A stretch of 64,000 nucleotides of DNA, taken from NCBI GenBank assembly GCA_963422375.2, contig OY729428.2, positions 3,552,001-3,616,000 on the forward strand, in the 5' to 3' direction. The position numbers and the translations under genes were made by a program. The notes beneath the pieces were generated by a model that was not told the DNA's origin, did no database searches, and was given only the letters and a program-made list of their open reading frames with translations. Origin of the DNA: Bryobacterales bacterium (GTDB lineage: Bacteria > Acidobacteriota > Terriglobia > Bryobacterales > UBA6623). This document shows positions 1 to 10,883 of this stretch, piece by piece (the first letter of the stretch is position 1; every line of letters begins with the position of its first letter).

Positions 1-56
1 ACCGCGGGATCCGCAAATGACGACGAGCGAACTCGAACCATCCGATGCTTCTGATC

Positions 57-479
57 CTATTCGGACTGCTCCGGCTTTACGTACGGGCGCACCAGCTCCA
101 CCACGAGCCGGGCCGCGTCGCGCGCCTCGTCGGCGTCGCTTTCCCGATAAAATTCAGACGGCGTGAGGTCCTCGGCACCGTAGAACGCAAGCTCACGGTC
201 ACGGCGCAGGGCACGGGAGGCCGCACCAAGCCTGTCAATGTCGGCTGCAATGCCGGCAGGCAGTCTGCCTCGCTCGTTCTCGAGCACGTCGGCGACATCG
301 TGCACGCGAGGCGGGTCCACCCCGACGGCACGCAACAGCCCCTTGAGGCCAAGCTCGACAACCTCTTGTGATTCGCGGACCACATCCGCCCAGCTTCCCG
401 CCTCGTGCAGGACGTCGATCGCTCGAAGCCGGGCCGAGGCACGGCGGACGTAGTCTGCGGCCAAGGCGCGATTGCGCAT
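57..479 (-). CDS. HEPN domain protein (MNT-HEPN module partner), 140 aa
   Basis: MRNRALAADYVRRASARL...RESQEVVELGLKGLL...DPPRVHDV matches the HEPN pattern; ATG at 479 overlaps the upstream gene's TGA (TGATG). Confidence 0.85.
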   Translation of the reverse strand: MRNRALAADYVRRASARLRAIDVLHEAGSWADVVRESQEVVELGLKGLLRAVGVDPPRVHDVADVLENERGRLPAGIAADIDRLGAASRALRRDRELAFYGAEDLTPSEFYRESDADEARDAARLVVELVRPYVKPEQSE

Positions 480-1048
480 CAGGCGGCTTCCGACCAGTAC
501 GGCTGCCCATGCACCACCCGCCGCACCAGCTGCCCGGCGGCGATGGCGCGACGGATGCGAGATAGATGCGACGAGAGCTTCCAGTCGCGCTCGAACAGCA
601 CAACCGCATCGAGCGCTACCTCGGCCCAGAGGCCGCTGATCTCCCCGCCTCTGGGAGGGTGGACGATGTGCGCGTCGATGCGTCGCCCGCGCCACGTGAT
701 GCGCCCTGCGTCCCAAGCACGGTAGAGCGCGCGGCACAACGCCAAGCTGGAGTCCACCACGACGAGCGCATCGACGTCCGAGGCGGCGGTGGCTTCTCCA
801 CGCGCCCAAGAACCGTGGAGGACTACTGCCGCCAGTGCATCCCCCGCCACCGCACGAGCACGTCCGACGAGTGACATCGCGTCTTCATCGCCGAGACTGC
901 GGATCTCGACCGTCTTGAGATGCCGCACGCAGTAGGCATTCAGGGACTCCCCGCTCGCGGCTGCAGCCTTGTGCAGCGCCGTGTGTAGCTCCGGCGTCAT
1001 CCGGAGGACGAACCGGCCACGCTTCGACGGCCCGGTAGGAGATGTCAC
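479..1048 (-). CDS. HicB-like ribbon-helix-helix domain fused to minimal nucleotidyltransferase (MNT)
   Basis: N-terminal GRFVLRMTPELHTALHKAAAASGESLNAY (HicB-type RHH), then GSWARGEATAASDVD (pol-beta NTase motif). GTG start at 1048 with AGGAAG upstream. Confidence 0.8.
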   Translation of the reverse strand: MTSPTGPSKRGRFVLRMTPELHTALHKAAAASGESLNAYCVRHLKTVEIRSLGDEDAMSLVGRARAVAGDALAAVVLHGSWARGEATAASDVDALVVVDSSLALCRALYRAWDAGRITWRGRRIDAHIVHPPRGGEISGLWAEVALDAVVLFERDWKLSSHLSRIRRAIAAGQLVRRVVHGQPYWSEAA

Positions 1049-1059
1049 CTGCTTCCTGC

Positions 1060-1081
1060 GTATAGTATCACCGATAGTACC
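1060..1081 (-). promoter_or_regulatory. Candidate extended -10 promoter/operator of the RHH-MNT/HEPN operon
   Basis: Minus strand GTACTATCGGTGATACTATA: two TACTAT copies 12 bp apart, the second as TG-A-TACTAT; also a TATC-N3-GATA dyad. Confidence 0.45.
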
Positions 1082-1747
1082 CCGCGATGCCACCCGCACT
1101 ACGCGTTCAGTGAGGTACAAGCGCGAATCCAGTCCGATTCGGATTTCGCGACGACCGCCGCAGTGCCTGGCCATGGCCGCGCCGCAGAAACGGCAAGTGT
1201 CGGAACGCTCATGCATGGTCTCGCCTTGGAGCTTCGCCATGATCCGGGGACGGCGGCAATCATGCCGGCCGGAGAGCATAGATGCTCGCTCATCGCAGCC
1301 CCCTGCGCGGGAACCGGACGGTTCGATCCGGAGCCGCCACGGACGAACCCGGGCAGGGTTGACCGAAGCACATCCCAGACACAAGGGAGCACGACGATTC
1401 GCGGCCAGCTTCGTTTCGAGAGACACTGCTGTCAATGATGTCGCTGCGGAGAGACGGCGGCCCGTTGCACGCTGCCTACGAGGGCCCATGAGCGTCAAGC
1501 TACTCGGATAATGTCGTCCTGAATCGGGTTGCGTGCGCCGTGGAGCCGTAGGACCGGCTCGCGCGAGCGCTCGAGGAAAGGCACGAAGTCCGGGAACGAA
1601 TAGCCGCTTCGCGAGCGATCTCCTAGCTCGCGCCCGGTTGCGACTCGGTTCACGGAAGAACCGTAGGCTGATGGCGCGAAGGCCTCCATCGGTGCGCAGT
1701 AGCCCGTCGGGCAAGCGATCCGCCTGGAAGCGCTTGCTGGACCTCGG

Positions 1748-3259
1748 TCAGTAGGAAAACACTCGCTCCAGATGCTCCTGCGACGGCCTGTGGCTCGCTG
1801 TCATTCGACTGATAGCGAGGTAAGCACCCAGCGAAACGCAGAACGCCGGAATAATCTCGTGAATGTCTTGCATCCCCGGCACGCTGAAGCGAACTCCGAA
1901 ACGCCACAGCAACGTTGCCGCCATTCCAATCAGCATCGACCAGAAGGCACCGTGCCCTGTACCCCACTTCAGGTACAGCCCTCCGAATATCGCCGGGAAG
2001 AATCCCGCCGCGAAGACCGCGCCGGAGAAGCTGGTGAGTTCCACGACACCGGCGGGAGGGCGAAGCGTCAACAGGAGCACCAAGACCGAGTAGGCCGCGA
2101 TCGCCGCCTTCGTCCAGCGCACCGTGGACCGCTGGCCGCGCGGTCGCCACAGATTGAGCAAATCGCCCACCGCCGCCGTGCCCACTATCAGCATGACGGA
2201 CGCGAGAGACGACATCCCCGCCGCGAACAGACCGGCGATGCATACGGCCGTGACCACTGCGTTGTCGAACTTGGCCAGCATGAATCCGACCACCTCGTCG
2301 GTGTTGCGAATCAGGTAGGCCGCCTCTTGGTCGTCGGCCATCCCGTGGACCAGCGCCCCCAGACCCATCACGCAAACAAGCGACACGCCTAGGAAAACCG
2401 GGGTCCAGATCATCGCGAACCGCATCCCGGCCGCGTTGTCGATGGAGTAGAAGCGGACTAGGCAGCGGGGCTCCGCGATCTGCTTCATGCCCACGGACAG
2501 GCCGATTCCCAGGATGTAGGTGACGGAGACTAGCGCGCCGAACGTCACCAGCCCGTCCCCGATCGGCTCTCCGGCGGCGGAGACGTGCGAAACGCTGGCC
2601 AGCTTGCGAAAGAGCGCCCCGACCCCGCCGGCATGGACGAACGGAATCGCGACCATGACCAAGGCCACGGCAAGCATCATCAGGCCTTGAACGGCGTCGG
2701 TCCAAAGGACGCTGTACATCCCGCCCAGCACGGTGTAGAGGCACGTGAAGCCGAGGATCGCCGCCGCGCCCCAAGCGTACGGCACGCTTAGCACAGTCTC
2801 GAGAAGGTGGGCACAGCCCTTGGCGATGCCGGCCATGTACCACAGCGTGGCGAACAGGATCGTCAGCGCCGAGAGCGCCCTCGTGGCCTTCGACAGGGAG
2901 CTCCTGTACCGGAAATCGAAGTAGTCGGGAATCGTGACCGATCCGAGGCCTGCCGTCTGGTTGCGCAGCCGCGGTCCTAGCAGCAGCCACGAAACCATGC
3001 AGAAAGCCGTCCACAGGACGCCCACCCAAGCCCAGCTCAGGCCCGAGGCGAATGCCTGGCCAGCCTGGCCGATATACGTGTTCGTACTGGCGAACGTCGA
3101 GAAGAACGCGAGCGAGACCACCCATCCGGGCACGCTGCGCCTGGCGACGTAGAAGTCGTCAACGCCGCGTGAGGCCCGCCGGCGAAAGTACCATCCGATC
3201 CCGATGCAGGCCGCCAGGTAGACCAGTAGCGCCGACATGACCGGCAGGTGCTCGGTCAT
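1748..3259 (-). CDS. Sodium:solute symporter (SSS; PanF/PutP-like)
   Basis: Many TM helices; DDFYVARR, STFASTNTYIG, VTIPDYFDFRY, GGMYSVLWTDAVQG, AAGMSSL motifs. Confidence 0.9.
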   Translation of the reverse strand: MTEHLPVMSALLVYLAACIGIGWYFRRRASRGVDDFYVARRSVPGWVVSLAFFSTFASTNTYIGQAGQAFASGLSWAWVGVLWTAFCMVSWLLLGPRLRNQTAGLGSVTIPDYFDFRYRSSLSKATRALSALTILFATLWYMAGIAKGCAHLLETVLSVPYAWGAAAILGFTCLYTVLGGMYSVLWTDAVQGLMMLAVALVMVAIPFVHAGGVGALFRKLASVSHVSAAGEPIGDGLVTFGALVSVTYILGIGLSVGMKQIAEPRCLVRFYSIDNAAGMRFAMIWTPVFLGVSLVCVMGLGALVHGMADDQEAAYLIRNTDEVVGFMLAKFDNAVVTAVCIAGLFAAGMSSLASVMLIVGTAAVGDLLNLWRPRGQRSTVRWTKAAIAAYSVLVLLLTLRPPAGVVELTSFSGAVFAAGFFPAIFGGLYLKWGTGHGAFWSMLIGMAATLLWRFGVRFSVPGMQDIHEIIPAFCVSLGAYLAISRMTASHRPSQEHLERVFSY

Positions 3260-3378
3260 GAGTCGCGCCGAGTCTCGTCGCCGGGACGGACATCGACCTC
3301 GAGGCGCGTCACGACCCAAGCGTTGACAGCGACCAGAACCGCGATGGCGACATAGGCGCCTGCCGTCAGGAGGTCCAT
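3256..3378 (-). CDS. 40-aa single-TM small protein, probable SSS accessory subunit (not in ORF track)
   Basis: MDLLTAGAYVAIAVLVAVNAWVVTRLEVDVRPGDETRRDS*; its TGA overlaps the symporter ATG (ATGA). Confidence 0.65.
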   Translation of the reverse strand: MDLLTAGAYVAIAVLVAVNAWVVTRLEVDVRPGDETRRDS

Positions 3379-3639
3379 CCGCCAGCGTATGCTACTGAGA
3401 GGCGCAAAAGTCTTTTCCCAAGATACGGGCCATACTCAGTCGACTTCCGATTCAGGCTGTCATCATAGCAGCCCAGAGATAGAGTCTTGAATTCTCGAAC
3501 TTAGGCCTGCATATTGTGATATGCTGTAACTATCTACACAGTATATTGCGTACTCGAATTTGGAAGGCCTCCTTCTTAGCAGACTGCTTGGGAACCCAGT
3601 TGCCAGTACATTCTGGCCTGGCCGATCCGAAAAGACTTT

Positions 3640-4672
3640 CCTGATTACCCACAAGACTCAGCCAAGGTTAAGAGGCGGTAAGGCATGGGCGGGGTGCGCA
3701 CGGAGGCGTGGAGCAGGCGGGGGACCAGCACCTGCAGATCGTAGCGGCGGTTGAAGCGGTAGCAGAACTCGGCGAGGTACCGCGGCAGGTGCTTGCCGTT
3801 GAGCGAATGGCAGGTTCCCGCCAGGGACTGCTTGACGTTCGCCGGCATCGTGTTGACCCGGACGAAGCGGGAATCCCCGCAGCTCCGCTGCCCGCCTCCG
3901 GTGACGGTCGGCACGTGCTCGCAGCCGGCGCCGGCCACGCCCCGGAAGCAGGCCAAGCCGTCGGAATGCACCTCCGTGCCGGGCTGCAAGTGCCGCCCGG
4001 CCCACGCTGCCAGCGTCTTCTTGCGGAAGCCCGCCACGCTGCTCAGGCGCATCCTTGCCGGCTGGCCGGCGGCGGTGACCTGCACGGCGGCCACGAACGG
4101 CGTCTTGCCCGCCGCGCCGCGCCCGCGCTTGCCGCCGGTCCGCTCCCCGCCCCGGTAGGCGTCGTCCACTTGCACGATGCCGCCCGGCGGCACGCGCTCG
4201 TCGCGCTCCTTCATCACTTGCAAGAGCTTGTGCTTCATCTTCCAAGCCGTGTTCTGGCTCACGCCCAGCTGCCGCGCCAGTTCCAGCGAGGAAACGCCGT
4301 GCTTGCCCTGCGTCAGCAGGTGGAGCGCCAGGAACCAGACGGTCAGCGGCAGCTTGGTGGCAGCGAAGATCGTGCCGGCGACCAGGGAGGTCTGGCGGTG
4401 GCAGGCATGGCACTGCCGGAGCTTGCGGGAGCGGATGCGGCAGTGCCGCCGGGAGCCGCACTCCGGGCAGCGGAAGCCGTCCGGCCAGCGGGCCTTGAAG
4501 ACGGCCTGCTCGCATTGCCCCTCGCTGCCGTAGCGCTGCAGGAACTTGCCCAGGCTGAGTCCCTTCTGGCATTGCACGCGATTGCGTTTCATCTGCTATC
4601 CCCTTTCCTGTCAGAGATTTCCGACCTCCTTCAGTATAGCATATCCTCGGCTGACGTTCGTTGGTAATCAGG
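3640..4672 (-). mobile_element. IS1595-family insertion sequence, copy A (1033 bp)
   Basis: Imperfect TIRs CCTGATTACC.../...GGTAATCAGG; 8-bp target duplication AAGACTTT at 3632-3639 and 4673-4680. Confidence 0.92.
3645..4592 (-). CDS. IS1595-family (ISXO2-like) DDE transposase, full length but with damaging substitutions
   Basis: RWPDGFRCPECG zinc ribbon, VQVDDAY, SDGL, RYLAEFCYRFNRR. Confidence 0.88.
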   Translation of the reverse strand: MKRNRVQCQKGLSLGKFLQRYGSEGQCEQAVFKARWPDGFRCPECGSRRHCRIRSRKLRQCHACHRQTSLVAGTIFAATKLPLTVWFLALHLLTQGKHGVSSLELARQLGVSQNTAWKMKHKLLQVMKERDERVPPGGIVQVDDAYRGGERTGGKRGRGAAGKTPFVAAVQVTAAGQPARMRLSSVAGFRKKTLAAWAGRHLQPGTEVHSDGLACFRGVAGAGCEHVPTVTGGGQRSCGDSRFVRVNTMPANVKQSLAGTCHSLNGKHLPRYLAEFCYRFNRRYDLQVLVPRLLHASVRTPPMPYRLLTLAESCG

Positions 4673-4785
4673 AAGACTTTTGCGCCCCTCAGTAGCAACC
4701 AAGCGGCACAGTGCCTATGCGGCCTGCAACGCGGCCGTATCTCGCGACGCGTCTCCGGGAAAGCCCGCGCTTCCCCGGATAATCG

Positions 4786-5250
4786 CTACTCGACGCGCTT
4801 GGCGGTAATGGTAGCCGGCCCGCCTCTGCGGCCGCGACCGCCGGCAGCCCCCTGCGCGCCCGGAGGACGCTGGCCCCCGCCGGGACGCTGGCCCCCGCCG
4901 GGGGCTCCGGGCGGCCGTTGCCCCCCGCGGGTCAGCTGCAACTCGTCGCCGGAGACCTTGCCCTCGTACCTGATGCGGATGCTCCTGTCGCCGCGAGCCA
5001 CCACCTGGACGAACGAGACGCTGTCTCCCGCGACCTTGCCGTCCTGAATCTCGGACATCCCGAGTTGATCGTTCCCGGCCGTTCCGGTCAGAATCTCGCC
5101 GTCGGACTTGAGATCGAAGACCATGACCGTCGTGCCGCGCGGGCCCTCGATCTCGGCCTTCCACTTGCCGTCCACGGCAGCGGCTCTCAGTGTGCGAACC
5201 GACGCTGCGACAGCCGGCACGGCCAGCGCGAACGCCCTTCTTGAAATCAT
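4786..5250 (-). CDS. Secreted hypothetical beta-rich protein with Tat-like leader and G/Q/R/P tail
   Basis: MISRRAFALA leader; DGKWKAE...F.LKSDG.LTG...GKVSGDEL pattern; 18-bp tandem repeat encoding GGGQRP near 4865-4900. Confidence 0.7.
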   Translation of the reverse strand: MISRRAFALAVPAVAASVRTLRAAAVDGKWKAEIEGPRGTTVMVFDLKSDGEILTGTAGNDQLGMSEIQDGKVAGDSVSFVQVVARGDRSIRIRYEGKVSGDELQLTRGGQRPPGAPGGGQRPGGGQRPPGAQGAAGGRGRRGGPATITAKRVE

Positions 5251-5326
5251 TCCTTGCGCGCCTCCCAGCACTTGCCTGTATAGACGGAATCGCAGGCCCG
5301 AGGTTATTCCCGGTTGGGTTCCCGAG

Positions 5327-5974
5327 CTACAGCGGCAGCTCGAGGGCGCGCGCAATCTCGGATTGCCGGACCCGCCCCTCGCGCAGGACCGTCGGTCGCG
5401 GAGACGTCAAATCCAGAATCGTGGAAGCCACCGGCCGCGCGACCCGGCCGGAATCAAGCGCCAGGGAGAGCCGCGTGCCCAGCTGGGCGCAGACTTCGTC
5501 CGCCGTGCGCGCTCCGGCCCTGCCGGAGAGATTCGCGCTGGTACCGGTCAGCGGGCAGCCGGACTGCCGGGCCAAGGCCCTCACCAGAGGCGAGCGCGGC
5601 AAGCGGACAGCAACCGAGTCGCGCCCCGCCGTGACCTTGCTCGATACTTCCGGCCGGCCTCGCAGGACCATCGTCAGGGGTCCGGGCCAGAATGTCCGCG
5701 CTAGGACGAAAAACGCCTCGGGCAGGTCGCGAGCGATCTCGTCCACCCGCGACAGCCGGTCCACCAGCAGCAGGACGGGCCGGTTATCCGGACGGCCCTT
5801 CGCTCGGAACACCCTCGTCAGGGCCCTCTCGTTCCGAGCGTCGGCGAGCAGCCCGTACAGGGTATCTGTCATGGCGGCGACCATGCCGCCCCGGCGAATC
5901 GCGCGGACGCCCGCGCGCACGGCCTCCGGCTGGGGGCAGTGCGAGCTCGCGGGCAGCCGAGCGCAAGGGGGCAT
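5327..5974 (-). CDS. tsaC: L-threonylcarbamoyladenylate synthase (YrdC/Sua5)
   Basis: TDTLYGL, KGRP, FWPGPLT, VAVRLP, TSANLSG, STILD motifs; start position uncertain. Confidence 0.9.
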   Translation of the reverse strand: MPPCARLPASSHCPQPEAVRAGVRAIRRGGMVAAMTDTLYGLLADARNERALTRVFRAKGRPDNRPVLLLVDRLSRVDEIARDLPEAFFVLARTFWPGPLTMVLRGRPEVSSKVTAGRDSVAVRLPRSPLVRALARQSGCPLTGTSANLSGRAGARTADEVCAQLGTRLSLALDSGRVARPVASTILDLTSPRPTVLREGRVRQSEIARALELPL

Positions 5975-6014
5975 GTCCGAACATACTACGCTGGAATCCG
6001 GGCTGTCCCTCGCC

Positions 6015-6799
6015 GTGCCTACCCGGTCGGAAATCATCACGAGCCAAGGCAACCCTTGGCTGAAGCAGCTGCGGAACGCCGCCGCTCGCAGCTCGCTGGC
6101 GCCTGGCGGCTTCGCGCTGGCGGAGTCGCCCCATCTACTGCACGAGGCGCTCCGTTCCGGCGTCGAAATCGGTCGAGTCTTCGCCAGCGAGCGCGTGCAG
6201 CCCGATGTCGCGGCCATCCTGCCGCCGCACCGGCGCATTCCGCTGCATACCGTCTCCGACAGGCTCTTCGGGAGCCTCGCCACCACCTCCCGCAACCAAG
6301 GCGTGCTCGCGCTGGTCAAGCTGCCCTCCTGGGAGCCCGCGCGGGTCCTAGGCGGGCTGACCGTGGCGCTCGACGGGGTGCAGGACCCCGGCAACGCGGG
6401 CATGATCATGCGGACCGCGGAAGCCTTCGGCGCTTCCGGCGTCGTCTTCCTGAAGGGGTCGGCCGCGCCGACCAACCCGAAGGCGCTGCGAGCGTCCGCC
6501 GGCTCCGCATTCCGCCTGCCGTTCCTGCAGAAGATCGGCGCGGAAGAGTTCCTGGGCCTGGCCCGGAGCCACGGCAAGTCCCTGCTGTGCGCGGTCGCCC
6601 GCGCGGACTGTCCACTGGCCGCGGCCGACCTGTCGGCGCGGTCGGCGCTCGTCATCGGCTCGGAGGGACGCGGCCCGAGCCCCGTCCTAGCCGCGGCCGC
6701 GCCCTCCGTCGGGATACCCTCCGGGCGCGTCGAGTCGCTGAACGCGGCGGTGGCGGCCGCGGTCATCCTCTACGAGTTCGCGCGGAGGTCCGCGCCCGG

Positions 6800-6803
<4 letters not shown>
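6015..6803 (+). CDS. TrmH/SpoU family RNA methyltransferase
   Basis: ITSQGNPWLK, LDGVQDPGNAGMIMRTA, IGSEGRG, ESLNAAVAA. Start at GTG 6015 or ATG 5973. Confidence 0.9.
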
Positions 6804-8134
<1,331 letters not shown>

Positions 8135-8435
8135 GCGGGAGACTCAGACTTCCCGTCATGTTCTCGTGCAATGCCGCTCGCTGGACGGATTCGGGCGGTT
8201 TGGCGACGGGCGGGAGCTAGTAGACAGGGCGCAGCGAGGTGCAGGGGAAGAGCGATTCACTGCGGTCGAGCTCCCCGGAAAGCGCTGGCGCTAGCCTCTG
8301 CGACGAGGTCTTGGTAACCTATGCGAGCTGACAGGATCAGCCGGTTCGTAGTGCCGTGGCGACGCCCGCTGGCCGAAGCCCGCGATGCACTGCCTAGCCT
8401 TGTAGCCCACGACGCAGCCACGAGCCTGAGTTAGG

Positions 8436-10883
8436 ATGAACCGTACGTGGTGCCGGGTAGCTTTGGCCGGAGCGCTCCTAGCTTCGCTGGCCCTGCGGGG
8501 CGCCAGCGCCGATGTCGATTTCACCCGCGACATTCGCCCGATTCTCGCCGAGAGCTGTTTTCAGTGCCACGGCCCCGACGAGCAGGCCCGGGCAAGCGGG
8601 CTCCGACTCGACGAATACTCTGGAGCCGTCGAGGAGCGGGCGGGCAAGAGGGCGATCGTACCCGGAGATCCCAGGGCGAGCGAGCTGATCGAGCGGATCA
8701 CGACGGACGATCCTGCGCGCAGGATGCCGCTCGGGGGCGACCGCCTGGCGGACAGGCAGATCAAGCTATTGGATGAGTGGATCTCCGCGGGCGCGAAGTA
8801 CGAGCGCCACTGGGCCTACGAGAAACCCGAACGTCCGCCCCTGCCTCCCGTGTCTGATCCAAGATGGGTGCGCAATCCGATTGACCGCTTCATCTTGGAC
8901 AAGCTCGCTGTAGCGGGACTCAGGCCTTCCGGCTCGGCCGAGCCCGCTGTTTTGATGCGGCGACTATTTCTCGACTTGATCGGAATCCCGCCGTCGCCAG
9001 AGCAGGTCGAGGACTTTCTCGCGAATCCTACGGACGAGGCATACCGGGCAACGGTGGAAGAGCTCTTGGCGTCGCCCCAATACGGCGAGCACTGGGCGCG
9101 GCACTGGCTCGACCTCGCCCGCTATTCCGACTCCAACGGATACCAGCACGATGACCTGCGCGAGATTTGGCCCTACCGAGACTGGGTGATTCGGGCGTTC
9201 AACGACGATTTGCCATTCGACCAGTTCACGATCGCGCAATTGGCGGGGGATCTTCTCGAAGAGCCTTCGTTGGAACAGCTGATTGCAACGGGATTTAACC
9301 GCAACACGCCGATGAACGGATCAGGCGGATCGAAAATCGACGAGGTTCGCAACTCCATGCTGGTCGACCGAGTCAACACGACCGCGACGGTTTGGCTGGG
9401 GGTAACGCTCGGCTGCGCGCAATGCCACACTCACAAATACGACCCCTTCACGATCGAGGAGTACTATCGCTTCTATGCGTACTTTGATCGCGGCGTTGAC
9501 GAAACGGTGTTGCACGGCGGGGGCAACACTCGCAAGTACTACGTCGGTGCGCGGATCGAGCTGCCCGTACCGCTGCGTCGGCAATCGCGATACTCGGCCT
9601 TGAGGGCTCAGCACGAGTACCTCAAGAGGGTGATCGACCAGGCGGAATTCGAGGCGACCGCGGACCTTGGGAGGTGGGTGGAGCAGCAGGCGGCCAATCC
9701 TGACCTACGCCCGAACGTCCGAAGCGCGCTCGCGAAGCCGATAGACGCGCGCACGGAATCGGATGACAACGCAATTCGGGACGCCTTCCTCGAGACGCGA
9801 TCCGAAGTTGTCAAGCCACGCAAAGAGCTGGAGAAGCTTGCCAAGCGGATGAAGGATCTGGCACCGACGACGACGCTGATCATGGCCGACAAGCCAGGCC
9901 CGGTCCAGAGCCATCTGCTCGAGCGCGGCCAGGTCGGCGCCCATGGCAAAGAGGTCGCGCCCGGAACTCCCGCGGCGCTGCACGCGCTCGACTCGGGCCT
10001 GCCGCGCAATCGGCTGGGCCTGGCGAGGTGGATCACCTCGCCCGAGAACCCGCTAACGGCGCGGGTGACCGTCAACCGCCTCTGGGCGGAGGTGTTCGGT
10101 CGCGGGATCGTCGCATCGGCCGAGGACTTCGGCCGGCGGGGAGACACCCCGACTCATCCGGAGCTGCTCGATTGGCTGGCGGTAGAACTTGTCGAGGGAG
10201 GCTGGTCGATCAAGCGCATCGTTCGCTTGATCGTTACATCGGCGACCTATCGACAGAGCTCGCGCGGATCAGCCGAGCCGCTGGCGGCAGACCCGAACAA
10301 CGCGCTCCTAGCGTTGGGGCCGCGATTCCGCCTGCCGGCCGAAGCGATCAGGGATTCGCTGCTGTCCGCAAGCGGCTTGCTTTCGCTGAGGATGGGCGGG
10401 CCTCCCGTCCACCCGCCACAGCCGGAAGGGCTATGGGGGGAGATCAGCAGCGTAGGGGATCCGCATTACCCGACGTCGAAGGGGGCGGATCGGCATCGTC
10501 GCGGGATTTACACGATCCTGCGCCGGGGAGCGCCCTACCCCAGCTTCACCACACTCGACGCTTCTCCTCGACAGGCTTGCGTCGCCATGCGAGCCCGCAC
10601 CAACTCGCCGCTTCAGGCCCTAGCGCTGCTGAACGACCCGGCCTACGTCGAGGCCGCCGAAGCCTTGGCAAGGCTCGTCACGGACCTGCCGACGGCCTCT
10701 GACCGGGATCGGCTCGTCTACGCCTTTCGGCGTGCCGTGACTCGGACCCCCACCTCGGTCGAGCTTCAGGATCTGACCCGTCTACTCAGCGAGTTCCGTC
10801 GAACCTCGGAGATGGAGTCTGAAGCCTGGGTTTCACTGGCGCGAGTGCTGCTCAACCTGGACGAAGCGATCACGAAAAACTGA
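8436..10883 (+). CDS. PSD1/planctomycete cytochrome c protein (DUF1549+DUF1553)
   Basis: Signal peptide; CFQCHG and CAQCHTH heme motifs; NPIDRFI, YGEHWARHWLDLARY, NPLTARVTVNRLW, PTHPELLDWLA. Confidence 0.92.
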   Translation: MNRTWCRVALAGALLASLALRGASADVDFTRDIRPILAESCFQCHGPDEQARASGLRLDEYSGAVEERAGKRAIVPGDPRASELIERITTDDPARRMPLGGDRLADRQIKLLDEWISAGAKYERHWAYEKPERPPLPPVSDPRWVRNPIDRFILDKLAVAGLRPSGSAEPAVLMRRLFLDLIGIPPSPEQVEDFLANPTDEAYRATVEELLASPQYGEHWARHWLDLARYSDSNGYQHDDLREIWPYRDWVIRAFNDDLPFDQFTIAQLAGDLLEEPSLEQLIATGFNRNTPMNGSGGSKIDEVRNSMLVDRVNTTATVWLGVTLGCAQCHTHKYDPFTIEEYYRFYAYFDRGVDETVLHGGGNTRKYYVGARIELPVPLRRQSRYSALRAQHEYLKRVIDQAEFEATADLGRWVEQQAANPDLRPNVRSALAKPIDARTESDDNAIRDAFLETRSEVVKPRKELEKLAKRMKDLAPTTTLIMADKPGPVQSHLLERGQVGAHGKEVAPGTPAALHALDSGLPRNRLGLARWITSPENPLTARVTVNRLWAEVFGRGIVASAEDFGRRGDTPTHPELLDWLAVELVEGGWSIKRIVRLIVTSATYRQSSRGSAEPLAADPNNALLALGPRFRLPAEAIRDSLLSASGLLSLRMGGPPVHPPQPEGLWGEISSVGDPHYPTSKGADRHRRGIYTILRRGAPYPSFTTLDASPRQACVAMRARTNSPLQALALLNDPAYVEAAEALARLVTDLPTASDRDRLVYAFRRAVTRTPTSVELQDLTRLLSEFRRTSEMESEAWVSLARVLLNLDEAITKN

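Larger units (their letters stand above)
3390..4697. mobile_element. MITE-like element (267 bp once the nested IS1595 is removed), 28-bp terminal inverted repeats
   Basis: Left TGCTACTGAGAGGCGCAAAAGTCTTTTC; reconstructed right GAAAAGACTTTTGCGCCCCTCAGTAGCA (1 mismatch). AT-rich non-coding interior; no obvious target duplication. Confidence 0.65.

Noticed and set aside
1085..1745. Long upstream extension of ORF 479-1714 containing a CRFC motif
   Set aside because: No family recognised; a better GTG start, RBS and -10 box exist at 1048-1081. Possibly a decayed gene but unsupported.
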